Below, piece by piece: positions 1-8,258 of a stretch of DNA of 32,000 bases. The DNA comes from Hyperthermus butylicus DSM 5456 (GTDB lineage: Archaea; Thermoproteota; Thermoprotei_A; Sulfolobales; Pyrodictiaceae): NCBI RefSeq assembly GCF_000015145.1, contig NC_008818.1, positions 900,001 through 932,000 of the forward strand. The letters are read 5' to 3'. A program made the position numbers and the translations under genes. Position 1 is the first letter of the stretch. Each line of letters starts with the position of its first letter. The notes beneath the pieces were generated by a model. It made no database searches, had not been told where the DNA came from, and saw only the letters and a list, made by a program, of their open reading frames with translations.

Positions 1-617
1 TGGTGAATGTGTTGGGCTTTGAGATAAAGATAGACAAGATATACCGTCGAGTATTCTTCACAGAGGCGAAGAAGAGGTATGTAGGTCTACTGGAGGACGG
101 AAGGATAGACATAGTAGGCTTTGAGGCTGTGCGTGGTGATTGGTGTGAGTTAGCCAAGGAGGTTCAGTCAACAGTAGCAGAGATTGTGCTGAAAACAGGC
201 AAGATTGACGAAGCTATACGCTATATACGCGACGTGATAAAGAAGCTTAGGGAGGGCGAGATACCGGTCGAGAAGCTGATAATATGGAAGACGTTATCCA
301 AGAGGCTGGAAGAGTACGAACACGAGGCGCCTCATGTAGTTGCTGCGAGGAGGATGAAGGAGGCTGGGTACGATGTCTCACCTGGCGACAAGATAGGCTA
401 CGTAATAGTACGTGGCGCGGGCAGAATATCGAGCAGAGCATACCCCTACTTCATGGTGAAGCCTTCGGACATAGATGTAGATTACTACATAGACCACCAG
501 ATAGTACCTGCCGTATTGAGAATCCTCAGCTACTTTGGCGTAACAGAGAAGCAGCTCAAAGCAGCATCAACGGGGCACCGGACGCTGTTCGACTTCATGC
601 GGGGTAAGCGTGGCTAG
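1..617 (+). CDS. polB: Family B DNA polymerase, C-terminal fragment (5' part lies outside the window)
   Basis: The frame is open from the window edge. It contains KKRYVGL...GFEAVRGDWCELAKE, typical of the archaeal PolB palm/thumb region, and a C-terminal HRTLFDFM PIP-like box (576-599). Confidence 0.9.
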   Translation, partial: VNVLGFEIKIDKIYRRVFFTEAKKRYVGLLEDGRIDIVGFEAVRGDWCELAKEVQSTVAEIVLKTGKIDEAIRYIRDVIKKLREGEIPVEKLIIWKTLSKRLEEYEHEAPHVVAARRMKEAGYDVSPGDKIGYVIVRGAGRISSRAYPYFMVKPSDIDVDYYIDHQIVPAVLRILSYFGVTEKQLKAASTGHRTLFDFMRGKRG

Positions 618-698
618 CCGTTAGGTAGAATAGGCCGGAAACGCTGGTAGCTCCATACGTATAGGCTGGGAATGAAGCAGTACAGCAGGGTGTAGGCG

Positions 699-1538
699 TT
701 GATACTAGCATCGTGGCGTACACTAGCATGGATTATAAGACGTGCCGACGTAGTGTTAGAGGTTGTGGATGCGAGAGACCCCATTTCAACGCGGAGTAGG
801 CGACTCGAGAGAATGGTGAATAGCCTCGGCAGGAAACTGATAATAGTCATAAACAAGGCTGACCTAGTGCCCCGTGATGTCGCCGAGAAGTGGAAGAGAA
901 TATTCGAGGATCAGGGGTACCGGACGGTCTATATCGCGGCTAGGGAGCACAAGGGTACACGCATATTGCGCAAAACAATAAGAGAGGTTGCCGACACGTC
1001 ACCGATAATAGTTGCTGTAACAGGATTCCCAAAGACTGGCAAATCAACAATTATTAATGCTCTCAAGGGGCGACACAGCGCTCCTACAAGCCCTATACCC
1101 GGCAGTCCTGGGTACACCACGCACTCGCAGCTCTACAGGATAGGCGAAAACCTCTACATGATAGACACGCCAGGCGTCATACCTGTTGAGGGTGGGCCCC
1201 TAGAAGCGGTTATACGTGGCAGGCCTCCGGAGGAGCTGAAGGATCCAGTAAAGCCTGCAATGATGCTCCTCGAGAAGGCTCTTCGCTATAACCCTCTCGC
1301 AGTTAAGCAGGCCTATGGGATAGATGAGACAGACCCGTATAGGATACTTGAGTTGATAGCAATAAAGCGTGGTTGGAGATACAAGAGAGACGGTGAACCT
1401 CTAGTAGAGGAAGCGGCACGCACAGTGATAAGAGATTATCACCGTGGAAAACTCCTCTTCTACGTGCCGCCCGAAGAATACCTCCGCGGCAGGCTTAACC
1501 AGCGACTACGCAAAACTACTGGTGGAGAGTGGCTCTAA
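699..1538 (+). CDS. Circularly permuted GTPase (YlqF/RbgA/COG1161-like ribosome-biogenesis GTPase)
   Basis: The G-motif order is permuted: NKAD (G4) precedes the P-loop GFPKTGKST (G1) and DTPG (G3). The start is TTG, so the exact start is uncertain. Confidence 0.75.
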   Translation: MILASWRTLAWIIRRADVVLEVVDARDPISTRSRRLERMVNSLGRKLIIVINKADLVPRDVAEKWKRIFEDQGYRTVYIAAREHKGTRILRKTIREVADTSPIIVAVTGFPKTGKSTIINALKGRHSAPTSPIPGSPGYTTHSQLYRIGENLYMIDTPGVIPVEGGPLEAVIRGRPPEELKDPVKPAMMLLEKALRYNPLAVKQAYGIDETDPYRILELIAIKRGWRYKRDGEPLVEEAARTVIRDYHRGKLLFYVPPEEYLRGRLNQRLRKTTGGEWL

Positions 1539-1586
1539 AATTGGTTCCCAACACCTTTCCTTGGATGGCTCACCGAATAGTGCTGG

Positions 1587-2162
1587 GTGCAACTGGTCTT
1601 GCACAGCTACGTAGTCGTAACTGGCCGCCCCGGCGTTGGTAAAACTACGCTCTTCTGGAAGGTTGTACGGAAACTCATGGATGAAGGTGTGGTTGTCAAA
1701 GGATTCTATTGCCCAGAGGTTCGTGGCCAGCAAGGCTACAGGATTGGCTTCAAGATAGTATTGCTGGATGGTAGTGGCGAAGCCTGGCTAGCTAGGAGAG
1801 AGGGTTGCAATGGGCCAAGGGTGGGGAGATATTACACCTGCCCTGAAGCCGAGACCATAGCATCCAGGGTGCTGGGAGAACTAGGCAAGGCAGACCTCAT
1901 AGCTATAGACGAGATTGGCCCCATGGAGCTAAGGCTTGCCGGCGTACGCAGAACAATATATCGCGTCCTTGACAGCGGCAAACCGGGCCTCTTTGTGGTT
2001 CACGAGAGGCTCTCGGATCCCTACATACTAGCTAGGCTGAAGCCCAGCGGAGTATGGTTCCACGTAACCATAGAGAATAGGGATGTGCTGCCCGAGAAGG
2101 TGTATGAAGCGGTTAAGCAAGCAGTTGCACGAAGCAAGGGCGTAGGAGAGCTTAGTCTATAG
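1587..2162 (+). CDS. Nucleoside-triphosphatase, THEP1/COG1618 family
   Basis: N-terminal Walker A VTGRPGVGKTT, Walker B-like LIAIDEIGPMEL, and a size of about 190 aa typical of the family. The start is GTG. Confidence 0.75.
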   Translation: MQLVLHSYVVVTGRPGVGKTTLFWKVVRKLMDEGVVVKGFYCPEVRGQQGYRIGFKIVLLDGSGEAWLARREGCNGPRVGRYYTCPEAETIASRVLGELGKADLIAIDEIGPMELRLAGVRRTIYRVLDSGKPGLFVVHERLSDPYILARLKPSGVWFHVTIENRDVLPEKVYEAVKQAVARSKGVGELSL

Positions 2163-2381
2163 GCCCCTATGGCTCAGCTAACATCTAGAAACTTGGAGGG
2201 CGGGATGCCCGCGCGTTCCAGCGCTGATGCCTAACCCGGGGGCTGTGATGTAGTCTACACCTTCCGCCCCCGGGTACCGCCCGCAAAATCTCATCCTCTA
2301 GCATAGCCGCTAGTCTGCAAGGAGGAGTATGAGTAATAAACCTAGACGCTAGAGTCGGTGCTGCCCGGGGTGTAGTGGGCT

Positions 2382-2663
2382 ATGAGCGAAAAGTGCCGGG
2401 AATACATAGTGGTAGTTGGTGACAAGCAAATCTTCCTTACACCTGATGTCTTAGAAATAGTCCACAGGTATATACACAGGCCAATGAGCCTCGAAGAGCT
2501 TGCTAGAAGTCTCGGCCTGGACGGCTGGGAGGAAGCCTATGAGTTTATCAAGCGTATACCAGCATGGATAATGTGGATGCCAGTAAGCCTCTGGAGGCTA
2601 AGGCTCGAAAAAGAGGGTTGTCTCGAGTTCTTCGAGTCTGCCCGCTCACAGGGCGAGCAATAA
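2382..2663 (+). CDS. Small hypothetical protein, possible HTH (MSLEELARSLGL)
   Basis: A 93-aa ORF with an ATG start, lying 46 nt upstream of the ABC ATPase gene. The helix-turn-helix-like segment is the only recognisable feature. Confidence 0.4.
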   Translation: MSEKCREYIVVVGDKQIFLTPDVLEIVHRYIHRPMSLEELARSLGLDGWEEAYEFIKRIPAWIMWMPVSLWRLRLEKEGCLEFFESARSQGEQ

Positions 2664-2709
2664 GTCTAAGAGTCCCGAAGAGACTGCCTCTTAAGCATCA
2701 ACAGTCTTT

Positions 2710-3483
2710 ATGATGACACTCTTCCAGGCTGGGCTAGCACAAGAGGTTTTGATCATATTGCCGTGCAACGAGCTTGTAAAGCTAGTTAACGTCGTGAAAG
2801 TCTACGGTAGCGGTGAAACTAGAACCTATGGTCTTCGCGGGGTATCTCTCACGGTTTGTAGTGGCGAGTTCATAGCCATTATGGGGCCGTCAGGTTCTGG
2901 CAAGTCTACATTACTCAACATTATCGGGCTACTAGATAAGCCAACTAGCGGCAAGGTGTACATAGATGGTGTTGATGTTGAGGAGCTCAGTTCCCGTGAG
3001 CTTGCAATGCTGCGCAACCGGAAGATAGGATTTGTATTCCAGCATTTCAACCTCATCTCAAGGCTTACAGTCCTGGAGAATATTGAGCTGCCACTGATAG
3101 CCCGAGGTGTTCCTAGGAGGGCTAGGAGAGAACTTGCAGTTAAGGCGTTGCTGAGAGTTGGCGGTGATACCTCGTGGCTTGCTAAGAAGCCTACACAGCT
3201 TAGTGGTGGGCAGCAGCAGAGGGTAGCAATTGCAAGGGCTATAGTAGGCAATCCCGACCTAATTCTTGCCGATGAGCCCACCGGCAACCTTGACCGTGTA
3301 TCGGCTAGGACCGTTGTCAAAACGTTTATCGAACTCAACCAGGCGGGGCAGACGATAATACTTGTAACGCATGATCCTGAAGTCGCTAACTGTGCTAGGA
3401 AAATCTACGTGATAAGGGATGGCAGGATTGTTGGGAAGCTAGAGCCTGATCCTTCGAAGTGTATACTCAATACCGTCCAGTAG
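2710..3483 (+). CDS. ABC transporter ATP-binding protein, MacB/LolD/FtsE-like (COG1136 type)
   Basis: Walker [10 protein letters not shown] (nt 2884 onward), signature [14 protein letters not shown], Walker [13 protein letters not shown] and H-loop VTHD. The true start may lie later (TTG at 2749 or 2758), because the family normally begins near [11 protein letters not shown]. Confidence 0.9.
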   Translation: MMTLFQAGLAQEVLIILPCNELVKLVNVVKVYGSGETRTYGLRGVSLTVCSGEFIAIMGPSGSGKSTLLNIIGLLDKPTSGKVYIDGVDVEELSSRELAMLRNRKIGFVFQHFNLISRLTVLENIELPLIARGVPRRARRELAVKALLRVGGDTSWLAKKPTQLSGGQQQRVAIARAIVGNPDLILADEPTGNLDRVSARTVVKTFIELNQAGQTIILVTHDPEVANCARKIYVIRDGRIVGKLEPDPSKCILNTVQ

Positions 3484-3575
3484 GTGGTAGAGGATAGTAG
3501 CCGTACAACCCATACAACCTATCGGTAAACGACATATATGGCAGCGTGTAGCCGGTCTAGTTTGGGGCTAACCAT

Positions 3576-6500
3576 ATGGCCCTCACCTCTAGAGCTATGA
3601 GCTTAGCAGTCCGCATAGCCTTCATCCTCGTGGTTCTGCAGTTTGCTTTCGGGCACACACTCACGGCCTCATCAGCTTCACAGCTCTTCACACTCATAGA
3701 CTATAGCTACAAATCTTCGGTGGGTGCGCAAGAGATCTATCCTGGTAGCAACAATGTAGACCTTGAGGTTGTTGTAAAATATACTGGCTCGTCAGACATA
3801 GAGGCCGTGGCTGGCTGTTTAGAAGATCTACCAGCTGGGTTTACCCCCTCATTAGGTTACTCGGGTTGCTCGCCAGCCTACATGCTCAATGGCTCAACCT
3901 ATGCTACCGTTAAGCCCGGCAGCACGGTCTTGTTTAGATACAAGCTCGACATAGCTAGAGATGTTGCACCTGGTACATACATGCTAGGTCTTAAGATAAG
4001 TTATGTAAACTCTAGCACCGGTGAATCTGCAACCTATACTCTGTGGCTACCAATAACCGTTTCCATGTACCCTAGACCCCAGCTCGAAGTTATCGAGACG
4101 TATTGGGAGCCTGCAGGCTACCCTGGAAGCAGTGGGGTAACCCTCGTAATAGTGTTGAGGAATAGTGGTGACGTAGATGTATCCTCGGGTACGGTGAAGC
4201 TAAGGCTTCCACAGTGGTTTGCGCCTCAAGAAGCGACTTTACAGCTACAGCCGGTGCCGAGGAACAGCTATGTGGAGATTAGGGTTTCCGGAATCTCGAT
4301 CTCCCCAGGCACTGAGCCTGGAAGAGTATACTATGGCTACCTTGAAGCCGATGTGACAGCAGTAACAAGGGATGGTGTATCGTACACTGCGCAGATAGCT
4401 GCAACATTCACGCTAGAAGTTGAGGAACCCCCACAAGTAGAGCTTGAAGTGCTCGATTACGGTGTTGCAGCATCAACGCCTGCTCTAAACACTACCGGTA
4501 CCAGGCTCTACGTTACGTTACAACTTGCAAGCCCCGATATAGAGGTCCGAGGGATAGTTGCAAACTTTGTCATCGAGGAAGGGGCAGTATTTGCTAATGG
4601 TAGCAGGTATTCGATAAGCTACTACCCGGGCCCCTACAGCTATGGCGATGTAGTAACACTTGTCTCTGATAGCCTAGTAGCAAGTGGTAGTGTGAGATTT
4701 AGACTCGAGCTAGAAGTCCTAGGTGTCAGAGACGGAGCTGAATTCTGGCAAAAGCTCAGCTACAAGTTTAACGTAAACCTCCGCGAGCCCAATCTCCGGC
4801 TTAGCGTCGCCGCTATATACTGGGATGGTGGTGTAGCATACCCGGGCTCTGAGGATGAAACCCTAACAGTTATCCTAGAAAATAACGGACTAGATGATGT
4901 TGAGGCACTAACAGCCACACTGCTTCTAAGCAATGGCTTTACTCCATATAGAGTCGCTGTCTCTGGAATCACTGTTCCCTCCGGCAGCCAGGCAAAACTA
5001 TCGTTCCATGGCATATCAATTGGTGCTGGGGTAGAACCTGGCTACTATCCGGCTACGCTAGTGTTAGTGGGCACAGCTAGAAACAGCGATGGTAGCTTCT
5101 ATGGCTTCAATATAAGCCTAAAGTTGCTCATACCTGTTGAAGAGTATGGTGTTAAGCCCTACCGGTTAGTATCCTATGGCTGGGTTGGTGGCAATGGTTA
5201 TACGACTACGCGTAATGGGGCCATAGAGGTCGAATTACAGGTTTCTGAGCCCATAACCGTTAGGAGCACTATTGTAAGGGCGATACTGCCTCCAGGGCTA
5301 GAGGCGGCAAATCTGCTTGAGCTAAACAAGACTATCAGCGGTCCAGCAGCGTATGGTGAGACAATATCGCTTGTTTTTCGTGGCATAAGCGTTGTAGATG
5401 ACGAGAAAGCGGTGCCTGTTATACTTGAGGTTGAGGGTTTGGCATCCATTAATGGTGTTGAAGCCTGGTATAGACAGTACTTCACGATGGTGCTTCCTGT
5501 CCAGGAGCCAGAGCTTAAGATAGAGCTGCTGGACTATGGCTGGAGTGCTGGCTACGCCTCAGTCAATGCTAGCGGTGTTGAACTGCTTCTCGTAATGCGT
5601 AGCGAGCATATAGGTGTAATACGTTCACTCAATGCAACTCTGCACCTTCGCGGTGCAAGGTTTCTCGGAGGCTATAGCTCTGATACAGTCTCAGTAAACG
5701 GCCCCATATCCTACGGGCAAGTGTTTACACTCCGGTTTACTGGCATAGAGGTCGAAGATGAGAATATAACAGCAGTACTCACCGTCTACGCTATAGTTGA
5801 AAGCGACGAGGGCTACTATGTAGCTCGTGGCAGGTATACGTTTAGCCTAGGGGCAGAGCAGCATCTCCCCATGCTAGTCATTTCAGGTGTAGAGTACCGT
5901 TATGGAGGACAGCCAGCGCCGGTAATCCCGGGCCAGGAGGACCTCGAAATTACCGTAGAACTAATAAATACTAAGCCCTATGTGGTCTCAGCAGTTAGTG
6001 TTAATCCGCGTCTGCCAGCAGGATTTAAGCTAAAGCTAATCGAGGGAACATGCCAAGCTGGCGTAGCACCGGGCGATAGTTGTAACATAAGGCTCATAGT
6101 CGACGTGGATACCGCTGTCGCTCCTGGCAGCTATCCGGCTAGTCTTGCGCTCGTATACTACGTGAACAGTGACGGTGCAGTACTACAATTTAGTGACGAG
6201 CTAAGCTTCACAATAAACGTTGTGCCATTGGAGGCAGTAGCTCCTAGGCTTGAACTGTTATCCACGTACTGGGGTACAGCACCAAGCATAGCATATGCAG
6301 GGGCTGGTGTTACACAGCTTACAGTAGCGATCTACAATCCTGGCAGATATAGTGTTGAAGGCGTCTATGTTGAGTTTAAGCCGCTAAACTCGAGCGTAGA
6401 TGTTGTGAGAGGCACCAGCTATTGCTCTCCAAGCCTTGCCCCCGGTGCATCTTGCACTGCTCAGATCCACCTAAGCCTTGAAAGGGTTGATCCTGGCGTT

Positions 6501-8243
6501 ATTCGTGGCGTAGTTATTGTAAGGTACCTGGTCAGAGTGTATGGGGTCAACAGTATTGTTGAGAGAAACTTTACTGTAGACCTTCCTGTTGCTAGTTTCG
6601 GTGGACGTGAGGGTCTACTGTTAATTGATGCTGGCTGGCTCAATAATTGGCATGTATATCCCGAGACAGACAATGCAACACTCGTAATTACACTAGCTAA
6701 TGGCTGGCCATTCCCCATATCTGGCATACTGCTGGAGCTACAGCTTCCTGAAGGCTTTACAGGCTCGAATGGCACGGTTGCAGTGGCATATGTTGATGGA
6801 CCTATTCCGAGTCTTTCGAGCTTCCAGGCGCACTTCACTATAGGTGTCGGAAACGTTGAGCCGGGCAGGTATACTGCAAGGCTTATAGCGAGGTATATCG
6901 TTGACGTGACAGGAGCAAGTATTGAACGCAGAGAGGCTTACAATGTTACGTTGAGGGTTTCCAACCCTGCTAGCGATGTTGAGTTTGTATCAGCATACTG
7001 GGTTGGCGGCTCGCCAGAGCCCGACACGAAGGGAGCTATCCTGATGCTAGTATTCCGCAACAATGGGTTTGCGGAGATGCGTGGAGCAACTCTGCTCATT
7101 AATCTACCCGATGGTGCTCGCTGCGCCATTAACAACGAGACTGCGGCTAGGCTGCCTATAGGTTATCAGCTGCAAGGCCAGCCAGCAACTATGCCAGTGG
7201 TGGCAAGCGAGCTTGAAGATATAGCTAGGCTTGTTGGTGTATTGCAGCAGACTAGTCAGAATATAGGAGTGATTACAGCTGGCTCACTCGTAGAAGCTAG
7301 ACTTCCGCTAAACCTCTACCTCCGAGAGCCGGGTACACTGAAGATTAACGTGACGTTAGACTTTATTGATCATTGGGGCTCAAGGCGCAGGGTAAACTTC
7401 AGTGTTGAAGTCCCCGTTCTTGGCTCGGCAAGGCTTGTGGAGGTATATCTCCCAGAGAGGCTAAGCATCTCTGAAGGCAAGGCTGCGGCAAACATGACAG
7501 TAGTAAATGTTGGAACGTCAACACTCTATAACGTATATGTCTACATTGTGCCACGTATACCTCTACTGCTCCCAGCTACGACAACCCTTTACATTGATGA
7601 GCTAAGGCCTGGTGAGCCAAAGAGCTTTAGCATAGAGTTCAATTACAATCCTGCAGGCCTTGCATACTACTATGGTGGTGAGGGTGGGGATTATGCAGCG
7701 GTACCTATAGTGTTTACGGTTGTATATCGTGATGTTACTGGCTACATGCACATATTTAACGCGACTAGAGTTGTAAGGCTAGAACCGTTCATCGATATAC
7801 GGCTAGGCTCTGATGTTAAAGCCGAAGCTAGAAGTGGTGAGTTGATAGTTGGAGGCAGTATAGCCAACTATGGGATCTCCAAGGCTAGAAGTGTTGCAGT
7901 CATCGTGGAGACGTCTTATGCTAGCGCTATGAGCTTTGTAGGAGACATAGACCCAGCCGGCCAGTCTGCATTCCGCGTAGACCTGCCCCTTAAGGGTCCA
8001 ACCCCTAGTACTGTCAATCTAACCATAATGTATCGTGACAACTATGGTAAGACCTGGAGCAAGACTGTACAACTGCCGGTCCAGATTACCGAGGTAAACG
8101 TCACAACAACGGTGCAGCCGGAAACAGGGCACAATAGAGGCTATATAGTGGTGAGTCTGGTAGTTGCAGCATTTCTTGCAGTTGCAACGTTCATCATATA
8201 CCGGTTCCTAAAGAGGCATGAGGCTAAGCTTCAAGGGGCTTAG
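3576..8243 (+). CDS. Giant (1,555 aa) membrane-anchored surface protein with about 12 tandem beta-sandwich-like (CARDB/COG1361-like) modules, probably N-glycosylated
   Basis: N-terminal hydrophobic signal-like segment (AVRIAFILVVLQFAF) and a single C-terminal TM (YIVVSLVVAAFLAVATFIIY) followed by a basic tail. A module pattern recurs about every 120 aa: PxLxV..YW..YPGS..TLxVxLxNxG..LPxGF..VEPGxY. There are 21 N-x-S/T sequons. Confidence 0.8.
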   Translation: MALTSRAMSLAVRIAFILVVLQFAFGHTLTASSASQLFTLIDYSYKSSVGAQEIYPGSNNVDLEVVVKYTGSSDIEAVAGCLEDLPAGFTPSLGYSGCSPAYMLNGSTYATVKPGSTVLFRYKLDIARDVAPGTYMLGLKISYVNSSTGESATYTLWLPITVSMYPRPQLEVIETYWEPAGYPGSSGVTLVIVLRNSGDVDVSSGTVKLRLPQWFAPQEATLQLQPVPRNSYVEIRVSGISISPGTEPGRVYYGYLEADVTAVTRDGVSYTAQIAATFTLEVEEPPQVELEVLDYGVAASTPALNTTGTRLYVTLQLASPDIEVRGIVANFVIEEGAVFANGSRYSISYYPGPYSYGDVVTLVSDSLVASGSVRFRLELEVLGVRDGAEFWQKLSYKFNVNLREPNLRLSVAAIYWDGGVAYPGSEDETLTVILENNGLDDVEALTATLLLSNGFTPYRVAVSGITVPSGSQAKLSFHGISIGAGVEPGYYPATLVLVGTARNSDGSFYGFNISLKLLIPVEEYGVKPYRLVSYGWVGGNGYTTTRNGAIEVELQVSEPITVRSTIVRAILPPGLEAANLLELNKTISGPAAYGETISLVFRGISVVDDEKAVPVILEVEGLASINGVEAWYRQYFTMVLPVQEPELKIELLDYGWSAGYASVNASGVELLLVMRSEHIGVIRSLNATLHLRGARFLGGYSSDTVSVNGPISYGQVFTLRFTGIEVEDENITAVLTVYAIVESDEGYYVARGRYTFSLGAEQHLPMLVISGVEYRYGGQPAPVIPGQEDLEITVELINTKPYVVSAVSVNPRLPAGFKLKLIEGTCQAGVAPGDSCNIRLIVDVDTAVAPGSYPASLALVYYVNSDGAVLQFSDELSFTINVVPLEAVAPRLELLSTYWGTAPSIAYAGAGVTQLTVAIYNPGRYSVEGVYVEFKPLNSSVDVVRGTSYCSPSLAPGASCTAQIHLSLERVDPGVIRGVVIVRYLVRVYGVNSIVERNFTVDLPVASFGGREGLLLIDAGWLNNWHVYPETDNATLVITLANGWPFPISGILLELQLPEGFTGSNGTVAVAYVDGPIPSLSSFQAHFTIGVGNVEPGRYTARLIARYIVDVTGASIERREAYNVTLRVSNPASDVEFVSAYWVGGSPEPDTKGAILMLVFRNNGFAEMRGATLLINLPDGARCAINNETAARLPIGYQLQGQPATMPVVASELEDIARLVGVLQQTSQNIGVITAGSLVEARLPLNLYLREPGTLKINVTLDFIDHWGSRRRVNFSVEVPVLGSARLVEVYLPERLSISEGKAAANMTVVNVGTSTLYNVYVYIVPRIPLLLPATTTLYIDELRPGEPKSFSIEFNYNPAGLAYYYGGEGGDYAAVPIVFTVVYRDVTGYMHIFNATRVVRLEPFIDIRLGSDVKAEARSGELIVGGSIANYGISKARSVAVIVETSYASAMSFVGDIDPAGQSAFRVDLPLKGPTPSTVNLTIMYRDNYGKTWSKTVQLPVQITEVNVTTTVQPETGHNRGYIVVSLVVAAFLAVATFIIYRFLKRHEAKLQGA

Positions 8244-8258
8244 TGGGAGGATGCTAAG

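Noticed and set aside
2170-2235. 21-codon ATG ORF (MAQLTSRNLEGGMPARSSADA) in the long intergenic region
   Set aside because: It is too short to support, overlaps the structured element, and has no promoter or SD context.
2198-2282. tRNA, split-tRNA, H/ACA or C/D interpretation of the nested-stem element
   Set aside because: There is no 7-nt T-loop (GTTCRANYC) and no cloverleaf spacing. There is no ACA box after the lower stem, and the pocket strands of 31 nt and 2 nt are wrong for H/ACA. UGAUG-like motifs are present, but there is no properly placed CUGA D box.
2826-3338. 170-aa ORF antisense to the ABC ATPase gene
   Set aside because: It lies entirely within a strongly motif-supported gene on the other strand. 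Its Ser/Leu/Pro/Arg-rich composition is typical of antisense frames, and it has no motifs.
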